This document shows, in pieces, positions 58,355-64,000 of a DNA stretch of 64,000 nucleotides; position 1 is the first letter of the stretch, and each line of letters starts with the position of its first letter. The position numbers were made by a program, and so were the translations under genes. The notes below the pieces were generated by a model that worked only from the letters and a program-made list of their open reading frames with translations, had not been told where the DNA came from and did no database searches. This DNA comes from Clostridiales bacterium UBA5448 (GTDB taxonomy: Bacteria > Bacillota > Clostridia > Oscillospirales > SIG627), in NCBI GenBank assembly GCA_002427425.1, contig DIRA01000014.1, positions 363,540-427,539 on the forward strand. The letters run 5' to 3'.

Positions 58355-59689
58355 TTACCCCAGAATTTCATTCATACCAAAGGGATCGTCATCCGTTTCT
58401 TCTGTGTTTTCGCTACGAGAAAGGGTGACGGCATCACTGCCCAGCAAAGAGTCCAAGGTCACGGCAGGATTGTGCATTAGAATGCTCAACACATGGAGGA
58501 AATCCCGCAGTACTTCCCGGGGGGTGAGGAATTCATCGGTGCCCATTTTGTTTAGGCAAAACTGTAAAAAGTGAATCAACTCTTCTTCCGTCAGCCGGGG
58601 TTGAATGTTGTGGTAACGGGCAAACAAATTGCGCACACGAACCAACAGGGCAAACAAGGCACTGTCATCCAACCGTTCCAATCGAATGACCGGGGAAAGC
58701 CAATCGGTGTATTGCCCCGCAAAATGACCGCCGCACAAACGGCTTTTTAAGGCTTCATAACTGTAAAGTCCCCGGCGTTCATCTTCCAGAAACTTGGGGG
58801 TTCCGCCCAGGTAAATACCCAGTCCTTCGGCTTTTCCCTGCAGAGTATCATTGAACATGGACAGCACTTTTTCATAGTTGTTTCCGCGGGAAATCCGGTT
58901 GGGGATTTTATATAAGTTGACACATTCGTCAAAGAATACGATCAAGCCTTTGTATCCCACAGCCCGGAAAAAGGCTGCCTGGAGTTTGATATAGTCGTAC
59001 CAATTACTATCGTCGATGATGCTGCCCACGGATAAGGCCAGACGGGCTTCCGAGCGGGTGGCATATTCCCCCCGTAACCAACGCATGGCGTTGGAAGTCA
59101 GAGTGTCGTCCCCGTCGGTAATGCCACGGTAATATAAGGTGAGAACACGGGCAAAATCAAATCCGTTCACCAAACTATGAAGAGAAGAAGCTGTGGCGGC
59201 GATTCGTTTTTGTACCTCTTGGGAAAAGGCAGGGTGTTCAGGGGTTAAATTGGTTTCCGTAACCAAATCAATCTGCACTTTGGTGAACCAGCGAGCCAGA
59301 ATGGTGGGCAGACCTCCTCCGTCGGGCATAGATTTGACTGCTAGATTTTTCATCAGTTCCCGGTAGGTGGCAACGCCTTGTCCTTTGGTACCGGCAAAAC
59401 GACGTTCAGGGGACAGGTCTGCATCGGCGGTGACAAAATCCCGCTCCAAAGCGTTGCACCGCATCAAACCAATCAGAAAACTTTTTCCGCTGCCGTACCG
59501 GCCGATGAGAAAACGAAAAGCACCCATGCCCTCTGCCACGTTATCATAGTCGGATAAGATGGCGCGGACTTCTTCTTCCCTTCCGATGGCAATGTATTCA
59601 AGTCCTGTGCGGGGTACAACCCCCGCCGCCGTGGCGGTCAGAAGGGTACCCAGCGTTCTTCTGGGAATTACAATATCTTGGGATTTCAT
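58355..59689 (-). CDS. P-loop ATPase of the DUF2791 / BrxD-like type (SngB-like)
   Basis: N-terminal GVVPRTGLEYIAIGREEE, Walker A GRYGSGKS, Walker B LIVFFDE. 444 aa. There is a 4-nt overlap with the upstream gene and a 3-nt gap to the downstream one. Confidence 0.7.
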   Translation of the reverse strand: MKSQDIVIPRRTLGTLLTATAAGVVPRTGLEYIAIGREEEVRAILSDYDNVAEGMGAFRFLIGRYGSGKSFLIGLMRCNALERDFVTADADLSPERRFAGTKGQGVATYRELMKNLAVKSMPDGGGLPTILARWFTKVQIDLVTETNLTPEHPAFSQEVQKRIAATASSLHSLVNGFDFARVLTLYYRGITDGDDTLTSNAMRWLRGEYATRSEARLALSVGSIIDDSNWYDYIKLQAAFFRAVGYKGLIVFFDECVNLYKIPNRISRGNNYEKVLSMFNDTLQGKAEGLGIYLGGTPKFLEDERRGLYSYEALKSRLCGGHFAGQYTDWLSPVIRLERLDDSALFALLVRVRNLFARYHNIQPRLTEEELIHFLQFCLNKMGTDEFLTPREVLRDFLHVLSILMHNPAVTLDSLLGSDAVTLSRSENTEETDDDPFGMNEILG

Positions 59690-61245
59690 GACAGGTTCCT
59701 TTCCGAAGTCAAAGTTGCAAGAATTTCGTCGGCGTATTCTTCAAATACGCTATTTAAATCGCAAATCGGCTCTCCGTAAAAGGAGAGTGCTTTTTCATTA
59801 ATGGTATCTACCACGGATACTAAAAACAAATTTTGTTTTCGCGCCTCGTTTCCGGCAGTTTGGGTATCCTGTTTTGCCAAGGCATATAGGCAGATTCTTT
59901 CCGTTTCGGTGAGCAAACATACCCATCCGTCGGATTCTTGGGGTGCAATTGGTTCCGGTGGTGGTTGTGACGGGATATCGTCTTCGTTTTCTGTATCCTG
60001 ATACGCGGTGAGCAATCGGGTGGTTTCCCAGGCGATGGTTTCCATCAAGCGGGCTTTTTCCAAATCCACCTGCACCGGTGGTTTGGGAATGAATACTTTC
60101 TGTTCGATCTTCACGGGTTTTTCGTCCGCTGCCAAATGGGCAATAAGAGAGGCGATCGGTTCCGACAAATGAATGCCCGAAAGCCGCGACCGTATGCCGC
60201 AAACACCCCGCGTGGCGTTGTCAATGGCTTTCATGCAATCCCCCAAGATCGAGACAAAAATTTCTTCTCCCCAATTGGGGTAGCAATCCAGCTCGATGAT
60301 TCTTCTTTTCTCGGCAGAAACCACCGCACCGGAGAATGCCGGACGGGTGATTTTCATGGGCGAAGAGGATATGGTGGGGAATAAAACGCCGCTTTCCAGC
60401 AGTTTGGGAAACAGGCGCATGCGGGCTTCTTCCATGCGGCAGGCAAACTCCCCGTTTTCTTTATAATATCGGCTGTGACGATATCGATAGGTGCAAAATC
60501 GTTTGATCAAAAAATCTTCATGGGCATCGGTCATGGGCACTTTTCCTCCCAGCAACCCGTCAACCAGAGCGCAAATCCCCGACAAAGGCAAAACCCGCAG
60601 CTCTGAATCGCAGAAAATATCCAGAATTTCCCCCAGCGGAAGAGCCATCTTCCAGAGAATGCACAGATCCAAGATCCAGTCGGCCATTTGTCTGTCCATC
60701 ATGGGAAAATCCTTCCGATAGGCTTTCCAGACGGTCAATAAGTTGGCAAGGACTTGTTGAGGTTGAATCCATCCGGTCAAATTGATTTGCTCGTAAATGT
60801 ATAAATACAAATACCCAAAATCCACCCGGACATATTCACCCCTGCGAATGCCTTCCCGCCAGGAAAGATAAAACCGGAATTGATCTTTGGTCAAATTTTC
60901 ATAGCGGGGCATGACGGTGTAAAAAGAACGATAGGGAGCATCGGGCTCGCCGCTTTTTTGATGGGATGCCAATGCTTCATCATAAAAACCCCGGAATGCC
61001 GTGCGTTGACACCCTTGGAAAGAAACGGTGGCGGCAATGAGAATGCGGCTGTTGGAGGTTAAATCCTGCCGCTGATCGGGGGGGAGTTCCAAAGGATGGA
61101 AGATGCCTTCCTCCCAGGCAAGACAGGCAGGTGTCATGGGCAAGGAGTAATCGGGATGGGTGGATGAGATTTCGGAAGAGGTGAAATCCCGGTGGGTTTG
61201 CGATGGCAAGAGTTTATCGTTTGTCCAGAAGGAATCCCGGCTCAT
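59686..61245 (-). CDS. TerB-N / TerB-C domain protein (SngA-like)
   Basis: TerB-N-type motif LTKDQFRFYLSWREGIRRGEYVRVDFGYLYLYIYEQINL, then a helical middle region and a C-terminal domain after an acidic linker (ENEDDIPSQPPPEP). Start at MSRDSFW (61245), behind GGGGGTGGA. An alternative ATG lies at 61260. Confidence 0.65.
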   Translation of the reverse strand: MSRDSFWTNDKLLPSQTHRDFTSSEISSTHPDYSLPMTPACLAWEEGIFHPLELPPDQRQDLTSNSRILIAATVSFQGCQRTAFRGFYDEALASHQKSGEPDAPYRSFYTVMPRYENLTKDQFRFYLSWREGIRRGEYVRVDFGYLYLYIYEQINLTGWIQPQQVLANLLTVWKAYRKDFPMMDRQMADWILDLCILWKMALPLGEILDIFCDSELRVLPLSGICALVDGLLGGKVPMTDAHEDFLIKRFCTYRYRHSRYYKENGEFACRMEEARMRLFPKLLESGVLFPTISSSPMKITRPAFSGAVVSAEKRRIIELDCYPNWGEEIFVSILGDCMKAIDNATRGVCGIRSRLSGIHLSEPIASLIAHLAADEKPVKIEQKVFIPKPPVQVDLEKARLMETIAWETTRLLTAYQDTENEDDIPSQPPPEPIAPQESDGWVCLLTETERICLYALAKQDTQTAGNEARKQNLFLVSVVDTINEKALSFYGEPICDLNSVFEEYADEILATLTSERNLS

Positions 61246-61282
61246 GCAATCCACCCCCATTTTGCTAAAATCTTATTATAAT

Positions 61283-61311
61283 ATTCTATCATGTAATATG
61301 GATTGCGTCAA
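61283..61311 (-). promoter_or_regulatory. Promoter of the TerB/ATPase/helicase operon
   Basis: The minus strand reads TTGACG (61311-61306), 17 nt, TAGAAT (61288-61283). It lies between the upstream terminator and the first gene. Confidence 0.55.
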
Positions 61312-61339
61312 CCAAAATTTCCTTGCTTAAATACAAAGA

Positions 61340-61366
61340 AACACCCCGTGGTTTTCACAGGGTGTT
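61340..61366 (-). terminator. Intrinsic terminator of the Gfo/Idh/MocA gene
   Basis: The minus-strand RNA reads AACACCCUGUG-AAAAC-CACGGGGUGUU followed by UCUUUGUAUUU. On the minus strand the stem is perfect apart from a single G-U pair. On the plus strand that position is a C-A mismatch. Confidence 0.75.
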
Positions 61367-61381
61367 TTGGTTTGATTGAGA

Positions 61382-62464
61382 TTATTCCAATTCGTATTTT
61401 CTGGGTAGGGGATTGTCTTTGTAGATTTTTTCTTCAATGGCAACCTGCTGACGAATCTGGTAGGGTTGGATTTCAGGCTCGATCCCATTGAAAATGGCAT
61501 CGTAGCACATATTGTAGTAGGCACTCACTGCGGAAGTAAAAGCGTCCCCGGTACAGTTGATTTCTTCTTCTACCCAAGGCAGGGGAATGGGTTCTTTGCA
61601 GTATGCGGGCTTGCCGTTGACAATCAGAGGTTCTCTCTGGAGAGCCGGCAGGGGTACTGCTTTGGGATCGAAGTATTTGTATTTTACGGTAGACAGGGTA
61701 GCTCTCAATGTACCGCAGGAACCGTGGATTTTGTAGTTGTAGTCGGAATATGCGTCGCAAGTGGATATGGTCACCTGAATCCAGGGCTTGCCGGGAGCCT
61801 GGATAACCACCTTGCAGTAGTCTTCTGCATCGCCTGCAACGTTGACGCTGGCAAGACGGGAGTAAACATTGGGCATGATATCATATGCATCCATGAGATT
61901 CAGTACCTGATCCAGGGGGTGGGGTCCGGTGTTCACCAAGTTGCCTGCACAATAGCACTGTAGGGTCTGCCAGTCCCAACGGCGGGAGAAACCGCTCCAG
62001 TTGGCATCGATTTCCTGGATTTCACCCAGAACGCCGGATGCGAGAACTTTTTTGATTTCCTTGAAGTAAGGCGCCAAACGGGACTGCTGGAATATGTTAA
62101 AATATTTGCCCGTTCTCTTTTGGCATTCCATCACTTTGTCCATGTCAGCCAGATTGTTGGTAATGGGTTTTTCTGAGATCACATGAAAACCGTGTTCCAT
62201 CAAATCGATAGAAATAGATGCATGCATATGGCTGTAGGAGGCGTTGATGACCAGGTCGATATCGGTTCTGCCGAACAGCTTTCTATAATCATCATACACG
62301 TCACAGCCCCATTCTTGTTTTGCCAGGATGCGGCGGTCTTCACGCAGTTCGACAATGGCGACCACCTCAAATTTTTCCTTGGCAATGTTGGTTTGCAAAA
62401 ATCTGCCGTGAATATCGCGGCCGCTTCTGCCCTGGCCAATGATAGCCAGTCTCATTCTTTTCAT
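61382..62464 (-). CDS. Gfo/Idh/MocA family oxidoreductase
   Basis: Start at MKRMRLAIIGQGRSGRDIHG (Rossmann motif), behind AAGGGAGA. EKP motif (ISEKPIT). The longer ORF to 62539 has no RBS. Confidence 0.85.
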   Translation of the reverse strand: MKRMRLAIIGQGRSGRDIHGRFLQTNIAKEKFEVVAIVELREDRRILAKQEWGCDVYDDYRKLFGRTDIDLVINASYSHMHASISIDLMEHGFHVISEKPITNNLADMDKVMECQKRTGKYFNIFQQSRLAPYFKEIKKVLASGVLGEIQEIDANWSGFSRRWDWQTLQCYCAGNLVNTGPHPLDQVLNLMDAYDIMPNVYSRLASVNVAGDAEDYCKVVIQAPGKPWIQVTISTCDAYSDYNYKIHGSCGTLRATLSTVKYKYFDPKAVPLPALQREPLIVNGKPAYCKEPIPLPWVEEEINCTGDAFTSAVSAYYNMCYDAIFNGIEPEIQPYQIRQQVAIEEKIYKDNPLPRKYELE

Positions 62465-62621
62465 GCTATTTCTCCCTTCTTTGCTTTTCCTTAAAAAAAA
62501 GCTTACCAACAGTTTATCACCGTTTTTTTCCTCTGTCAAGCAATCATATTAAAAAATAAACAAAAGATGAATAAAAGTCGAATCACCTTTATATGAATGA
62601 TACAAACTCTCAACATGCCTC

Positions 62622-62650
62622 TTTACAAAACGACGAAAAAGGACTATAAT
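62622..62650 (+). promoter_or_regulatory. Putative pcrA promoter
   Basis: TTTACA (62622-62627), 17 nt, TATAAT (62645-62650). Confidence 0.45.
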
Positions 62651-62705
62651 ATCTTCTGAAGAAGGACTGGGAATATACTTGTATGAGAAAAAACGGAGGT
62701 CAGTT

Positions 62706-64000
62706 TTGAATAAACTGGATACGGTTAAGCACAAGCTGTTTGACGCTTATTACAGCCAATTGAATGCCATGCAGAGAAAAGCGGTTACAACGGTGAATGG
62801 GCCTCTGTTGGTGCTTGCAGGCGCAGGAAGCGGCAAGACTACGGTGCTGGTCAAACGGATAGCGCATATCATTCATTTCGGGGATGCTCTCCATGGTAAA
62901 AACTCTGCAGATTTAACCCCAGGGGAACTGAACAGCCTGGAACAACTCTCCCAAATTCACGGTTGCTCTCCGGATATGCTGCGTCCCGTGTTAAAAAAAC
63001 TGGCGGTGGATCCTTGCCCGCCCCGAAACGTGTTGTCCATCACGTTTACCAACAAAGCGGCGACTGAAATGAAAAACCGCCTGAAAAGTGAGCTGGGGGA
63101 CCTTGCCGATGAAATCTGGGCGGGCACCTTCCACTCGATTTGTGTCCGTTTGCTCCATCGATATATTCAACGCATCGGATTTGATTCGCAGTTTACGATT
63201 TATGATACCGAAGACAGCAAAAAGGTGATGGCGGACTGCATTGCGGATTTGGAATTGGATTCCAAGATGTTTATGCCTCGGTCGGTGTTGCAAATCATTT
63301 CGGGCTGCAAGAACCGCCTGGTAACTCAGGAGGAATTCGAAAATACCGCCGGCGATGATTTCAAAAAACAAACCTTTGCCCGGTTATTTAAACGGTATCA
63401 ACTCCGTTTAGCCAATGCCAACGCATTGGATTTTGACGACATCATTTTGATGACCATTCGCATCCTGCGGGAGTGCGAAGATGTGAGAAATACGTGTCAA
63501 AAACAATTTAAATACATACTCGTGGATGAATATCAGGACACCAATTATGCACAATATATCCTGATGCGCCTGTTGGCGGACAAATATCGCAATGTGATGG
63601 TGGTAGGAGACGACGATCAGAGTATTTACAAATTCCGCGGCGCCACGGTGGAAAACATCCTGAATTTTGACAAACAGTTTACGGATACCAAGACCATTTA
63701 TCTGGAACAGAATTACCGTTCCACCGGTACCATTTTGAAAGCCGCCAACGGTCTGATTGCCCATAACACCTGCAGAAAAGGAAAAAACCTCTGGACCGAA
63801 AGGGATGAAGGTAATAAAATTGTGCTGCGTGAGCTGGATAACCAGGAAATGGAAGCCCGATACCTGGCGGATACCATACAGAGAATGGTAAGGGATGAAG
63901 GGTATCATTACAATGATTTTGCGGTTTTATACCGATCCAATGCCCAGTCAAACACGCTGGAAAATGTGTTTACCCGGAGTGCCCTGCCCCATCGGCTGCT
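62706..64000 (+). CDS. pcrA: ATP-dependent DNA helicase PcrA/UvrD (5' part; runs off the window)
   Basis: It is absent from the ORF track because no stop falls within the window. TTG start behind GGAGGT. LNAMQRKAVTTVNGPLLVLAGAGSGKTTVLVKRIAHI, ITFTNKAATEMKNRL, ILVDEYQDTN, VVGDDDQSIYKFRGA, LEQNYRS. Confidence 0.88.
   Translation, partial: MNKLDTVKHKLFDAYYSQLNAMQRKAVTTVNGPLLVLAGAGSGKTTVLVKRIAHIIHFGDALHGKNSADLTPGELNSLEQLSQIHGCSPDMLRPVLKKLAVDPCPPRNVLSITFTNKAATEMKNRLKSELGDLADEIWAGTFHSICVRLLHRYIQRIGFDSQFTIYDTEDSKKVMADCIADLELDSKMFMPRSVLQIISGCKNRLVTQEEFENTAGDDFKKQTFARLFKRYQLRLANANALDFDDIILMTIRILRECEDVRNTCQKQFKYILVDEYQDTNYAQYILMRLLADKYRNVMVVGDDDQSIYKFRGATVENILNFDKQFTDTKTIYLEQNYRSTGTILKAANGLIAHNTCRKGKNLWTERDEGNKIVLRELDNQEMEARYLADTIQRMVRDEGYHYNDFAVLYRSNAQSNTLENVFTRSALPHRL

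Noticed and set aside
51030-61381. The helicase/TerB locus as part of a prophage, ICE or transposon
   Set aside because: No integrase, recombinase, transposase or tRNA attachment site was seen, and no flanking direct or inverted repeats. The composition looks similar to the flanks by eye. The island origin remains untested.

Overview
This window looks like a 64-kb chromosomal segment from a Gram-positive anaerobe, probably Clostridia. The clues are rubrerythrin, a T-box leader, TTGACA-17-TATAAT promoters, AGGAGG ribosome-binding sites and tightly packed operons. All calls come from reading the translations and the DNA by eye. No similarity search was run, so family names are motif recognition from memory. 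No rRNA, tRNA, CRISPR array, integrase or transposase was seen.

Gene content, left to right:
- VTC (partial) and DUF4956
- smpB-lepA-hemW
- a zur-znuACB zinc-uptake operon ending in an extra lipoprotein
- a WG-repeat protein
- nagA-nagB-glyQS-prs
- rubrerythrin
- Ldh_2 family dehydrogenase, malic enzyme and a sugar-phosphate isomerase
- dinB with an SOS-box-like promoter
- an aldose-epimerase-like gene
- marR plus an acyl-CoA ligase
- an aromatic amino acid operon (aroF-tyrA-aroB-aroA-aroC-pheA)
- a TrpB2-type gene behind a Trp T-box
- a leuACDB / ilvBNCDA / ridA supraoperon
- two amidohydrolase-fold genes plus an ApgM-family gene
- a NodB-like lipoprotein and a TIGR04086-like membrane protein
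- a Gfo/Idh/MocA oxidoreductase
- the 5' part of pcrA

Two things deserve a second look.
1. **Defence-like operon (51030-61311, minus strand).** It has four tightly coupled genes. They encode a TerB-N/TerB-C protein, a DUF2791/BrxD-type ATPase, an Lhr-like DEAD/DEAH helicase, and a 1702-aa DUF4011-type SF1 helicase with a Vsr/DUF559-like C-terminus. The first three look like a Shango-type core. The fourth resembles the single-gene Hhe system, but its catalytic motifs look degenerate by eye.
2. **Leader-peptide attenuators.** There are four short leader ORFs, each followed by an intrinsic terminator. One is aromatic-rich (GYFFYCFYF) and sits upstream of the aro operon. Two ILV-rich 33-aa peptides lie in tandem upstream of leuA. 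A third ILV-rich peptide, apparently a paralogue of the first, lies upstream of ilvB. A conventional Trp T-box sits right next to them. This style of regulation is uncommon in Firmicutes.
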